Positions 55,181 through 64,000 of a stretch of DNA of 64,000 nt are shown piece by piece. The position numbers were made by a program, and so were the translations under genes. How positions within the stretch are numbered: the first letter of the stretch is position 1; each line of letters begins with the position of its first letter. The stretch is from Candidatus Bipolaricaulota bacterium (GTDB taxonomy: Bacteria > Patescibacteriota > Patescibacteriia > UBA11705 > DATKZF01), in assembly GCA_035528115.1 (NCBI GenBank), contig DATKZF010000003.1, positions 551,089 through 615,088 of the forward strand, read 5' to 3'. The notes below the pieces were generated by a model, which saw nothing but the letters and a program-made list of their open reading frames with translations, ran no database searches and was not told where the DNA came from.

Positions 55181-56422
55181 ATGACGGAAAAGAAAACATA
55201 CTCGAAAAAGTTCATCGTCATCGCGATTATCATCAGTTTGTTTTTCGGCAGCGCGGTGGGCGCGTTTTTGGGTTTTGCGGGCGCGATTTGGGGCTCGCGT
55301 TTGGCCGGGCCGTATTTGATGAAAACGACTTGGGGTTCCGAGTTGTTGAATAAAAATAAAAATTTGACTTTGCAAATCAACGAGGATTCGGAAACGATAA
55401 AGGTCGCCAAAGACGTGGCGCCATCCGTGGTCAGCATTGTGATTTCCAAAGAGCTGGATAATTATTACAATGCCACCGGCCCGTTTGATTTTTTCTTCGA
55501 TAATTTTTTCAATGGCAACAACCGAATGATCGATCCCAATGAACCGAAAGTCAAACAGACGATCGGCGGCGGCACGGGCTTTATCATTTCAAGCGATGGA
55601 TTGATTTTAACCAACAGGCATGTGGTCGCGGACGACGGAGCCACCTACACCGTTATTTTAAGCGACGGTTCGGAACATGAAGCGACCGTTTTGGGCAGAG
55701 ATTCGCTGAACGATATCGCCGTGATTAAAATAGACGCGGACAATTTGCCCGAAGTGGAATTGGGTGATTCGGATAATCTGGAAATAGGGCAGACCGTGCT
55801 GGCTATCGGCAACGCTTTGGCCGAATACAGCAACACCGTGACCAAAGGCGTGATTTCCGGCATCAATCGCGAAGTCACGGCCGGCGATGGCCGCGGACAA
55901 TCCGAATTGATTAAAGAAGCGATTCAGACGGACGCGGCCATCAATCCGGGCAATTCCGGCGGCCCGCTGCTGAATTTATACGGCCAAGTGATCGGTATAA
56001 ACACGGCCATTGACAGTCAAGGCCAGTCCGTGGGATTTTCAATTCCCATCAACGCGGTCAAGAGCGTTATTGAAAGTGTCAGACAATATGGTAGAATAGT
56101 AAGGCCATGGCTTGGAGTGCGCTATGTTCAGCTCGATCAGGCCATTTCAAAGGCAAATAGCTTAAATTACGACTATGGCGCCTTGATCGCGCCCGGTCAA
56201 AATACGGCTGATTTGGCCGTGGCGCCGGGCAGTCCGGCCGATAAGGCGGGCTTGGTGGAAAATGACATTATTTTGGAACTTAACGGCCAAAAATTGGACG
56301 CGGATCATGTTTTGGCGATTGAGTTGTCAAAATACTCTCCAAGCGATAGGATTACCTTAAAGATATTTCACAAAGGCGAAGAAAAAGATGTTAAAATACA
56401 GCTTGAAGAACGAAAAGAATAA
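55181..56422 (+). CDS. htrA: HtrA/DegP-family serine protease with PDZ domain
   Basis: N-terminal TM, catalytic His (LTNRHVV), Ser (GNSGGPLLN), and a PDZ domain. Confidence 0.85.
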   Translation: MTEKKTYSKKFIVIAIIISLFFGSAVGAFLGFAGAIWGSRLAGPYLMKTTWGSELLNKNKNLTLQINEDSETIKVAKDVAPSVVSIVISKELDNYYNATGPFDFFFDNFFNGNNRMIDPNEPKVKQTIGGGTGFIISSDGLILTNRHVVADDGATYTVILSDGSEHEATVLGRDSLNDIAVIKIDADNLPEVELGDSDNLEIGQTVLAIGNALAEYSNTVTKGVISGINREVTAGDGRGQSELIKEAIQTDAAINPGNSGGPLLNLYGQVIGINTAIDSQGQSVGFSIPINAVKSVIESVRQYGRIVRPWLGVRYVQLDQAISKANSLNYDYGALIAPGQNTADLAVAPGSPADKAGLVENDIILELNGQKLDADHVLAIELSKYSPSDRITLKIFHKGEEKDVKIQLEERKE

Positions 56423-56427
56423 TAATT

Positions 56428-57438
56428 ATGGAAAAAAGTTGGTCGGCCAAAATTGAAGAATTGAAAGAAGTTTTGAAAGCCGATGAGTTGGCGATTGGAA
56501 AAAAACAGCTGGAGGAGCAAATGTCTTCTCCGGCGTTTTGGATTGATCGGGAAAAAGCGGCGCAGGTTTCCAAGAAAGCCAGCTTTATTACAGAGACTTT
56601 GGATAAAATAGCTGAATTGGAAAAATTGGCCGAGAGTTCGGCGAATACCGGCCGAATTGAAGAATTATATGAAGAACTTCGTTTGCAAGCTTTGTTCTCC
56701 GGCAAATATGATCGAAACAACGCATTGCTGAGCATTTACGCGGGCGCCGGCGGCACTGACGCGCAAGACTGGGCGGAAATGCTGCTTCGCATGTATTTGC
56801 GCTACGCGGAATCGAAAAATTGGAAAACCGAAATTATTGAAATTTCTCCCGGTCAAGAAGCGGGCATAAAATACGCCACGATTTTGATCGAAGGTCCGCT
56901 GGCTTACGGTCATTTGAAAGCCGAGCGAGGCGTGCATCGCCTGGTGAGAATCTCTCCGTTTGACGCGGAAAAAATGCGTCACACCTCTTTTGCCATGGCG
57001 CAAGTGATGCCGGAGTTGGAAGACGACGCTGACATTGATATTGATGAAAAGGATTTGAGAATCGATACTTTTAAATCCGGCGGCCATGGCGGACAAGGTG
57101 TCAATACCACGGATTCGGCCGTTCGCATCACTCATTTGCCGACCGGCATTGTGGCCGCTTGTCAAAATGAAAGATCTCAAGCGCAAAACAAAGAAACCGC
57201 GTTTAAAATTTTGAAATCCAAATTGAAACGATATTTCGAAGCGGAAAAAGAAGACGAGAAAAAAGAAATCAGAGGAGAATTCACGGACGCTTCTTGGGGA
57301 AATCAGATCCGCTCTTATGTTTTGCATCCGTATCATCAGGTAAAAGATCATCGCACCGGTTTTACCGTGGAAGACACGGATAAAGTGCTTGATGGGGATT
57401 TGGATGGGTTTATTTTTGAAGAATTGAAGGACATGTAG
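56428..57438 (+). CDS. prfB: Peptide chain release factor 2 (no programmed frameshift)
   Basis: SPF tripeptide (RISPFD) and GGQ motif (SGGHGGQGVNTTDSAVRITH). The ORF is continuous from its start codon. Confidence 0.8.
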   Translation: MEKSWSAKIEELKEVLKADELAIGKKQLEEQMSSPAFWIDREKAAQVSKKASFITETLDKIAELEKLAESSANTGRIEELYEELRLQALFSGKYDRNNALLSIYAGAGGTDAQDWAEMLLRMYLRYAESKNWKTEIIEISPGQEAGIKYATILIEGPLAYGHLKAERGVHRLVRISPFDAEKMRHTSFAMAQVMPELEDDADIDIDEKDLRIDTFKSGGHGGQGVNTTDSAVRITHLPTGIVAACQNERSQAQNKETAFKILKSKLKRYFEAEKEDEKKEIRGEFTDASWGNQIRSYVLHPYHQVKDHRTGFTVEDTDKVLDGDLDGFIFEELKDM

Positions 57439-57439
57439 C

Positions 57440-57660
57440 ATTGTTACGAATTACAATCATCTAGTGGGCCGATTAATATATGTTACAAATTACATTCATC
57501 CATGGCTTTATGTTTGAGAATCTTGTAATATGTAACAAATAACATAGAAGCTAAATAGAATCTTGTAATTCGTAACAAATAACCTAAAAGCCAAACAGTC
57601 GATTGTAATTCGTAACAGATAACCTAGAAGCTAAATAGAATTTTGTAATTCGTAACAATA
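57440..57660 (+). repeat. AT-rich tandem repeat array (reverse orientation, cttgtaattcgtaacaaataacct... units)
   Basis: About four ~45-bp units. Confidence 0.65.
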
Positions 57661-57867
57661 TGAATAATATTGAAAAAATAGTCGTCATCTCCATCTTAAC
57701 CGTTTCCGCCGCCGCGATCGGCGCCAGCGTTTATTTTTGGCGGGACTCGAGAATAGCCGAATCCAATGCTCGGCAAGAGCGATCAACGATGTTGGAAAGC
57801 TTGTCGAATGAGGAGTGATATTATGAAGCCGGGATTGAGGTTGAGGTGTAGAAGATGGAAATTATTT

Positions 57868-58063
57868 TTGTCATTTCGACCGACGACGATAGGAGGAGCG
57901 GAGAAATCTGCTTAAAAGGAGATAGCAGATCTCTCCACTTCGTCATCCTTCGCTAACGCTTCGGACGACTTCCTGCCTGCCGGTCTTCGACTCCCGTTCG
58001 GCCACGAGCTCACGGCCGAGTGGCGAGCTCAGACTCGAGGAGCAGGCAGGCGGTCGAGATGAC
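57868..58063 (+). repeat. GC-rich MITE-like element, reverse-orientation full copy bounded by 13-bp terminal inverted repeats
   Basis: ttgtcatttcgacc at the left end and ggtcgagatgacaa at the right end enclose the reverse complement of modules C and B. Confidence 0.65.
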
Positions 58064-58104
58064 AACTTCTTTTTACTAATTACCATTTACTGATTTCTGT
58101 TTAC

Positions 58105-59628
58105 ATGCAAATAAACGAAAAATCCATAAAATTATTTTTAGCGTCACTGGTGATTTTCGCCCTGGCTCTTGAAGCCGGGCTGTTTTCGTTTTCCGCGGGC
58201 GCGACCCGGCCTTTGCCGGAGATTCGGTTCGTTGATTCTTGGTTTAACGGCGCTTTGATAAAGCTCTCCAGCCATGACGTTTTGGCGCAAAGTTTTTATT
58301 TGCGGGAAAGCTCCGAGATTTTGGATGAAGTAAGCGACTTCGCTGAAAACAACGCCGAAGCCAGCGCGATTTTTGTCGGCGACATCATGTTGTCTCGAAC
58401 GGTCAATGACAAAATGAAAGCTTACGATAATTATTTTTATCCTTTTGAAAAATTGAGTGGATTTTTGAATGAAGCGGATATCACTTTCGGCAATTTGGAA
58501 TCGCCGATTTATTCGGGCAAATACGTGCCGCAAGGAAGTTTCAGCTTTGACGCGGATCCGAAAGTCGCCGAAAGTTTGGAAAATGCCGGCTTTGACGTGT
58601 TGTCCTTGGCCAACAATCACGCGGCCAACGCGGGCGACGCGGGTTTTAAAAAAACATTTGAAGTGTTAAATCAAAACAATATCAAATATGTCGGCGCCGG
58701 AGAAAATCTAGAGGCCGTGGACAATCAGGGCGCGGTGTTTGAAGTCAATGGCATTAGAATCGTTTTTTTGGCGTACGCTTACGGTTCATCGACCGCGAGT
58801 TCGACGCGTCCGGGCGCGGCTCCCATGAATATCGAGCAGATGAAAAAAGACGTGGTTCGTTTGAAAAAAGATGTTGATCAGGTTTTCGTTTCCATGCATG
58901 CCGGCGTCGAATACACGGAAAAAATATCGAACGAGCAGCGAAGTTTCGCGCAGGCCGCCATTGACGCGGGCGCGACCTTGGTTGTCGGCCATCATCCGCA
59001 CGTTGTTCAAAAAATAGAAAAATACAAAGACGGCTATATCATGTTCAGTCTGGGTAATTTCATTTTCGATCAAATGTGGTCGGCCGATACGACTCGCGGT
59101 TTGGCCGTTAAAGCGTATTTTAACAAAAATAAAATTTCCCGCTTGGAATATTATCCGTTAAAAATTTACGATTTCGCGCAGCCGCAAGCGGCGCCGGATA
59201 TTGATCGAGACAATGTTTTGGCCAGAATGGCTTTTGATTTCGATGAGTCCGTTTGGCTGAGCGTCGAGGGAGATGAAATAAAAATAAAGCCAACCGCACT
59301 CAGCGTTTTTGAAGAAAAAAATGAAAATTTGCTTTCGGCGGATATCAATCAAAACGGCGCGACAGAATATTTTTATTTGAAAAACAACAAAGCCTATATT
59401 GTCGAAGACAACGCTTTGAGCTGGCAAAGCTTCGCGGATTGGCGAGTTAACAAAATATTTTTGGCCGACTCAAACAATGACGGTCAAACCGATTTTAATT
59501 TGTTAATCGATGACGAGAGTGGTTCTCGTTGGCTGATTTACGGCTGGCGAGAGGGGAGCTGGCAGCCGTATTGGAATTCCGGACCGCTGGAAAAAGGGCT
59601 TTCGGACTTATTGGCCAGGTCGGCCTGA
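58105..59628 (+). CDS. CapA/PgsA-family (poly-gamma-glutamate synthesis-type) metallophosphatase with a C-terminal beta-rich extension
   Basis: IFVGDIMLSR, SLANNHAANAG, and VSMHAGVEY...VVGHHPHVVQ motifs. Confidence 0.7.
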   Translation: MQINEKSIKLFLASLVIFALALEAGLFSFSAGATRPLPEIRFVDSWFNGALIKLSSHDVLAQSFYLRESSEILDEVSDFAENNAEASAIFVGDIMLSRTVNDKMKAYDNYFYPFEKLSGFLNEADITFGNLESPIYSGKYVPQGSFSFDADPKVAESLENAGFDVLSLANNHAANAGDAGFKKTFEVLNQNNIKYVGAGENLEAVDNQGAVFEVNGIRIVFLAYAYGSSTASSTRPGAAPMNIEQMKKDVVRLKKDVDQVFVSMHAGVEYTEKISNEQRSFAQAAIDAGATLVVGHHPHVVQKIEKYKDGYIMFSLGNFIFDQMWSADTTRGLAVKAYFNKNKISRLEYYPLKIYDFAQPQAAPDIDRDNVLARMAFDFDESVWLSVEGDEIKIKPTALSVFEEKNENLLSADINQNGATEYFYLKNNKAYIVEDNALSWQSFADWRVNKIFLADSNNDGQTDFNLLIDDESGSRWLIYGWREGSWQPYWNSGPLEKGLSDLLARSA

Positions 59629-59642
59629 TTAAATTTAATTTT

Positions 59643-60485
59643 ATGAAAAACAAAGTACTGACGCTATTATCGAAGTATCATCTTTCTCCAAAAAAGTTTT
59701 TGGGACAGAATTTTTTAATTGATGATCAAGTTTTGGCGAAAATAATTTCCGCGGCGAAAATCACTACTCAGGACAATATTTTCGAAGTCGGCCCGGGCTT
59801 GGGCTTTTTAACTCGTGAATTATTGAAAAAAGCCAAAAGAGTGGTGGCCGTGGAGATCGACCCAAGTCTTTTTTTCCTTTTGAAAAAAGAATTTTTCGGC
59901 CAAAAGAAGCTGGAGCTGATCAAAGAAGATGTTTTGAAATTCGATTATCATAGGTTGAAAAATAATTTTAGCGGCGAAAGCTATAAAGTCGTGGCCAATT
60001 TGCCGTATCAAATCACTTCCCATTTTTTAAGAAATTATTTGACCGCTGATTTTCCGCCGGAGGAAATGATTCTGATGGTTCAGCTGGAAGTGGCCAAAAG
60101 AATCTGCGCCAAAGTCGGCGATCACAGTTTATTGTCCATTTCCGCGCAATTTTACAGCCGGCCGGAAATAATCGAGATGGTGCCTCCGTTCGCTTTTTTC
60201 CCCAAACCCAAAGTCTCGAGCGCCATTATCAAATTCGCCGAGATAGGCAAAGATAAGCCGAAAGTCGATGAGAAAATGTTTTTCAGAATGGTTCGAGTGG
60301 GCTTTTCTTCGAAGAGAAAACAGCTGCGCAATAATTTTGTTAGCGGATTTCAAGCGGAAAAAACGTTAATCGCTCAAATAATCGAAAAAGTCGGTCAAAA
60401 GCCGGAGGCAAGGGCGCAAGAATTGGAAATGGGCGATTGGGTGGCCTTGTATAAAGAATTGATTAAGGCGAAGCTGTTAAAATAG
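59643..60485 (+). CDS. rsmA: 16S rRNA (adenine1518/1519-N6)-dimethyltransferase
   Basis: FLGQNFLID and FEVGPGLGFLT SAM-binding motifs. The listed ORF (59529) overlaps the capA-family gene; the ATG at 59643 is the likely start. Confidence 0.85.
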   Translation: MKNKVLTLLSKYHLSPKKFLGQNFLIDDQVLAKIISAAKITTQDNIFEVGPGLGFLTRELLKKAKRVVAVEIDPSLFFLLKKEFFGQKKLELIKEDVLKFDYHRLKNNFSGESYKVVANLPYQITSHFLRNYLTADFPPEEMILMVQLEVAKRICAKVGDHSLLSISAQFYSRPEIIEMVPPFAFFPKPKVSSAIIKFAEIGKDKPKVDEKMFFRMVRVGFSSKRKQLRNNFVSGFQAEKTLIAQIIEKVGQKPEARAQELEMGDWVALYKELIKAKLLK

Positions 60486-60496
60486 GCTATGGGGAG

Positions 60497-60560
60497 CAAT
60501 GTCATTGTCAGTTAGGAAAAGATCTCTCCACTGCGCTACGCTCCGGTCGAGATGACAACT
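60497..60560 (+). repeat. GC-rich element, partial reverse-orientation copy (truncated C plus A)
   Basis: gatctctccactgcgctacgctccggtcgagatgacaac. Confidence 0.55.
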
Positions 60561-61080
60561 TTTTTTAGGCTAAGGCAAGCTAATTTGTAACTATTTGTAA
60601 TAAAATCGAAAAGGCCAAAACCAAGGATAGCTTAATAGCGGCAGTCATTTGTAACATCAGTTTTTATCGCCAAGCCAAGCTATTTGGAAGCCCATATTTG
60701 TAACAAAACAAACAAGGCCTAAACCTAGCTTGTCCTCATAGCAGCAGTTATTCGTAACGTCAGTTTTTATCGCCAAGCTAAGCTATTTTGAAGCCCATAT
60801 TTGTAACAAAACAGACAAGGCCTAAACCTAGCTCGTCCTCATAGCAGCAGTTATTCGTAACGTCAGTTTTTATCGCCAAGCTAAGCTATTTTGAAGCCCA
60901 TATTTGTAACAAAACAAACAAGGCCTAAACCTAGCTTGTCCTAATAGCGGCAGTCATTTGTAACATCAGTTTTTATCGCCAAGCTAAGCTATTTTGAAGC
61001 CCATATTTGTAACAAAACAGACAAGGCCAAAACCTAGCTTGTCCTTATAGCCGTAGTTATTTGTAACGTAGTGGATAAGT
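60560..61080 (+). repeat. Tandem array of four ~120-bp AT-rich units
   Basis: The unit agcagttattcgtaacgtcagtttttatcgccaagctaagctattttgaagcccatatttgtaacaaaacaaacaaggcctaaacctagcttgtcctcat is repeated four times with a few substitutions. Confidence 0.75.
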
Positions 61081-61176
61081 CCGCTATTTTTTGTTTAGAT
61101 CAGACGATATTTTATGTTATAATAAAGATAATCCGAATGACCCGAATTCTCTGTTCGGAGGATTTGGATTATATTT

Positions 61177-61962
61177 ATGGATTTGAACTATCGGGAATTT
61201 GAAAATCCTTCGGAAAATATTGAAATTCCGGCGGAAGAATCTCATCGATTGGACAAGCAACAAAAAATATCGATCGCGGCCATTTCGCTGATCGGTGTTG
61301 GCGTGCTGGTTTTCGGTTTTTGGAGATTCAACGGCTCGATCGGCGTGCCTTTTCCGAAACTGGGCAATGAAAGCAACGCTCAGGTCGCGGCCACCGAAGG
61401 CTTGCGAGACGACACGCTCAAGAATTTGGATACCGACAATGACGGTTTAAACGATTATGACGAAAGTTACGTATATTTGACCAGTCCGTATTTGGAAGAT
61501 TCGGACAGCGACGGATACAGTGATCAAGCGGAAATACAAAACGGGTATGATCCCAATTGTCCGGCCGGCGAAAATTGTTTCAGCGACCTTGCGGGCGAAA
61601 GCGAACAGCAAACAGGGGAACCGGTAGCCGTTCAAAATACTCAGATTCCGGAAATAGACCCCATCGCTTTGCGCGCCCAACTTTTGTCTTTGGGGGTTAT
61701 AGATGAAGCGACTTTGAACGGCATTGACGATGAAACTTTGATTCAAGTTTACAAAGAACTCGGCGTAACCGAAGGGACGACCGGCAATATATTTGACGCT
61801 GCCGAAGCTGAACTTTCAAATCCCGCGGCCGTATCGATTGAAGAGATTAAAGAAATGTTGCGAGAAGGCGGGCTGGAAGAAGATATTATCAATTCAGTGG
61901 ATGACTCCACTTTGATGGATTTGTACAATGAGGCTTTGAAGGCGGTTGAAGAAGGACAGTAA
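61177..61962 (+). CDS. Membrane-anchored TSP3-repeat protein (third paralog)
   Basis: TM helix, DTDNDGLNDYDE and DSDSDGYSDQAE repeats, and an acidic C-terminus. Confidence 0.5.
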   Translation: MDLNYREFENPSENIEIPAEESHRLDKQQKISIAAISLIGVGVLVFGFWRFNGSIGVPFPKLGNESNAQVAATEGLRDDTLKNLDTDNDGLNDYDESYVYLTSPYLEDSDSDGYSDQAEIQNGYDPNCPAGENCFSDLAGESEQQTGEPVAVQNTQIPEIDPIALRAQLLSLGVIDEATLNGIDDETLIQVYKELGVTEGTTGNIFDAAEAELSNPAAVSIEEIKEMLREGGLEEDIINSVDDSTLMDLYNEALKAVEEGQ

Positions 61963-62300
61963 TGTTACGAAGTACAAGATTCTAAGGCATATAGCTATAA
62001 TAGATGAATGTAATTCCTGCCTGCTCCTCGAGTCTGAGCTCGCCACTCGGCCGTGAGCTCGTGGCCGAACGTGAGTCGAAGACCGGCAGGCAGGCGTAAC
62101 AGATAACCTGAAAGCCAAATAGTCGATTGTAATACGTAACAAATAACCTGAAAGTTTAATAGTCGATTGTAATACGTAACAGATAACCTGAAAGCTTAAT
62201 AGTCGATTGTAATACGTAACAGATAACCTGAAAGTTTAATAGTCGATTGTAATACGTAACAAATAACCTGAAAGCTTAATAGAATATTGTAATTCGTAAC
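61962..62300 (+). repeat. AT-rich tandem repeat array with an embedded GC-rich B-module (62020-62100)
   Basis: The unit gtaacagataacctgaaagcttaatagtcgattgtaatac is repeated about five times, and the B-module cctgcctgctcctcgagtctgagctcgccactcggccgtgagctcgtggccgaacgtgagtcgaagaccggcaggcagg is inserted within the array. Confidence 0.7.
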
Positions 62301-62323
62301 ATTCCAAGTCCCGGTAAATTTCT

Positions 62324-64000
62324 ATGGATTCTTTGAGAAAAAAAACAAAAATTTTGATTTTGAGCGCGATAATGATTTTTATATTTTCCCAAATAGGTTT
62401 TTGGGGTATTTTTGTAAAAGAGGGCAGAACGCAAGGCGTGGTTTCGGTTCCGGCCGTGGAAGCGGGGCTTGGCACCAGAATCGCGCAGGCGATTGATGAG
62501 AAAGTCACGGCTTTGACCAATGTCAACGTGGAAAAAGTCTTGGATAGATTATTCAAATCATTGGTGCGCACCGCGTCAGTGCAGTTGAAAAACACTTTGG
62601 TGCAAATCGCGCAGAACGCGGCCAATAACGCGGTTGATTATTTGGCCACGGGCAATTGGGGCCAGCGTCCCATGTTCGAGCAGAGAACTTTCGCGAAATA
62701 CAAAGACGACGTGGTTAGTTCCGTCATCAATGAAACGCTTGATTCTTTGTCGGGTGAACTTTGGAAAAATTTGAATTTCGATATTTGCGATCCCGATTTC
62801 GAGGTGAAGATGCTGATTCAAAAAGACATAGCCAATCAAAAATGCAAACCCGGCCAAAAATGTCCGGGCAAGACCGGCCCGCGTTGCAATTATAAAGCCA
62901 TTTCCGGCAATTGGGACGATTTCATTTCCCAGGTTCAAAACACCGCCGGCGACGCGCTCGACGCGACTTACGCCGCTTTGGGAGCGGTATCTTTGAATTA
63001 CAATCCGGGAGAAAACGATTTCGGAGCGTTCATGAAAATAAGAGATGATGTTTTAAGCGCGGCGGCCGACGAGTACGCGGCGCAAAAAGATGACAGAATG
63101 ATCACCACGGAAATCGAGTCGCCGAAGTCATTGGTTGACCGCGTGGTATTGACGCCGAAGAGCACTTTGCAAAAAACGACCGAAGGCAGTTTGGAAAAAG
63201 CGCAGGCAGCGCAAACGGACGAATTGAAAGCGGCCGGCGATGTGATTACCGAAATTCCGGAAGCGGTTTTATCCGTGTTTATTTCCAAGTCATTCGCCAA
63301 GAGAATGGCGACGGCTTTATTTAAGCGCGTCTTGACCGGTTTGGTGAAAAAATCGGAAAGCTATAATCCCCAGCAGCAAGTTTACGAATATCAAAAATCT
63401 TCGGAAAAAGTTTCCAAAGAAGTTTTGTCCGTCGGCGTCGATTTTTCTTATGAACCGCGAGATATCAGCACGGTCGATCAATTCGTGAATTGTCCGCAGG
63501 AAAGCACTCCGGGCATTCCGAGGGGAGTCAGCGATTGCGTGATGGATCTGAATTTCGCCGAAGCGGTCAAGAGAGCGGACACGGACACGCCGCTCACGGT
63601 GGCGGAAGCCGTTGAGCAGGGATTGCTTAAAGGCAGCAAACCTTTTTACGGACCCGGCGATGAAGAAAACACCAATGTCAGTTGTTACAAAGAAGGTTAT
63701 TGCTACAATAATTTGAAAAAATTGCGCGCGGCTCGCATTTTGCCGATCGGCTGGGAAATCGCGGCGGAAAAAACAGCCGATTACGGCAATCAAACTCTTA
63801 ACGAGCTGATGGCCGCGTTCGACGAGCCGAACTCGCCTTGGTATCGATTGGTCGACCCGAATTGGGTTTTGAAAGAGCCTTTGACTCAATGCCGCGCCGA
63901 GGTCAGCGGACCGGATTTGATCGGCAGCGGCACATCCACTCGTTCGGACGTGTGCGCGGATTATCGCACTTGCGTTGACGAGACGCCGGGCGGAGAATGT
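62324..64000 (+). CDS. Large secreted/membrane-anchored hypothetical protein (3' end lies outside the window)
   Basis: An ATG followed by 559 sense codons running to the window edge was verified by manual translation. N-terminal TM (KILILSAIMIFIFSQIGFWGIF) and scattered Cys residues. It is absent from the supplied track because no stop codon lies in the window; minus-strand ORFs 62236..63889 are shadow ORFs. Confidence 0.6.
   Translation, partial: MDSLRKKTKILILSAIMIFIFSQIGFWGIFVKEGRTQGVVSVPAVEAGLGTRIAQAIDEKVTALTNVNVEKVLDRLFKSLVRTASVQLKNTLVQIAQNAANNAVDYLATGNWGQRPMFEQRTFAKYKDDVVSSVINETLDSLSGELWKNLNFDICDPDFEVKMLIQKDIANQKCKPGQKCPGKTGPRCNYKAISGNWDDFISQVQNTAGDALDATYAALGAVSLNYNPGENDFGAFMKIRDDVLSAAADEYAAQKDDRMITTEIESPKSLVDRVVLTPKSTLQKTTEGSLEKAQAAQTDELKAAGDVITEIPEAVLSVFISKSFAKRMATALFKRVLTGLVKKSESYNPQQQVYEYQKSSEKVSKEVLSVGVDFSYEPRDISTVDQFVNCPQESTPGIPRGVSDCVMDLNFAEAVKRADTDTPLTVAEAVEQGLLKGSKPFYGPGDEENTNVSCYKEGYCYNNLKKLRAARILPIGWEIAAEKTADYGNQTLNELMAAFDEPNSPWYRLVDPNWVLKEPLTQCRAEVSGPDLIGSGTSTRSDVCADYRTCVDETPGGEC

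Noticed and set aside
56428-56520. Expected programmed +1 frameshift site in prfB
   Set aside because: The RF2 ORF is continuous from its ATG, with no internal in-frame UGA or CUU UGA C motif near codon 25. This organism apparently encodes RF2 without autoregulatory frameshifting, and because RF2 is present the standard genetic code is in use.
62236-63889. Four minus-strand ORFs (62236..62625, 62576..62938, 62998..63300, 63317..63889) in the supplied track
   Set aside because: They lie antisense to a continuous 559-codon plus-strand ORF (62324..64000+) that has a TM N-terminus and protein-like composition. They are shadow ORFs.
1-64000. rRNA genes, transposases or integrases, and canonical defence systems (RM, CRISPR-Cas, TA pairs)
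   Set aside because: No rRNA-like conserved stretches were seen, and no ORF carries recognisable DDE or tyrosine-recombinase transposase/integrase motifs or Cas signatures. The only mobile-like content is non-autonomous (the MITE-like GC elements, the direct-repeat-bounded cassette, and the GIY-YIG ORF at the tRNA).

Overview
This is a low-GC bacterial chromosomal segment. The gene repertoire suggests a Candidate Phyla Radiation (Patescibacteria) type streamlined genome. That placement is an inference from archaeal-type AspRS plus AsnRS, pilin-like surface proteins, no biosynthesis operons, and intergenic regions packed with repeats. Housekeeping genes read from the sequence are: asnS (3' part), aspS, scpA/scpB, a PBP5-type D-Ala-D-Ala carboxypeptidase, three tRNAs, parA/parB, two tandem RelA/SpoT paralogs, topA, folC, dprA, a der-pth in-frame fusion, an LCP-family protein, lepB, hisS, rpsU, yqeY, ybeY, dgkA, ftsA/ftsZ, nrdD/nrdG, ogt-like, htrA, prfB, a capA-family gene and ksgA. 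Accessory and unusual content falls into eight groups. (1) Three genes share an N-terminal VirB2/TrbC-like (T4SS-pilin-type) two-helix domain. They are a 136-aa pilin, a 616-aa Big-domain protein, and a 2359-aa giant protein with IPT/TIG domains and Myxococcus-type cysteine-rich repeats, followed by a family of membrane-anchored thrombospondin-type-3 (TSP3) Ca-binding repeat proteins. (2) A 48-aa stand-alone NrdD glycyl-radical-tail ORF lies between nrdD and nrdG. (3) Two GC-rich islands sit in the AT-rich background: an SPFH plus NfeD-like pair, and an Arg/Gly-rich secreted protein with its own consensus promoter. (4) An AT-rich three-gene cassette is bracketed by ~100-bp direct repeats. (5) Several intergenic repeat families are present: a GC-rich MITE-like element with 13-bp terminal inverted repeats (TIRs), ~45-bp and ~120-bp AT-rich tandem arrays built on gttacgaattacaa, CATG-rich runs at gene ends, and a gcggagag-hairpin family. 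(6) A tRNA-Leu 5'-end duplication brackets a GIY-YIG ORF. (7) A promoter-terminator-bounded candidate sRNA lies in a ~930-bp ORF-free region. (8) A permuted, split PEP-utilising phosphotransferase is encoded by two adjacent ORFs. No CRISPR array, rRNA or transposase was seen. A 559+ codon ORF (62324..64000+) is missing from the supplied ORF track because it runs off the window end.
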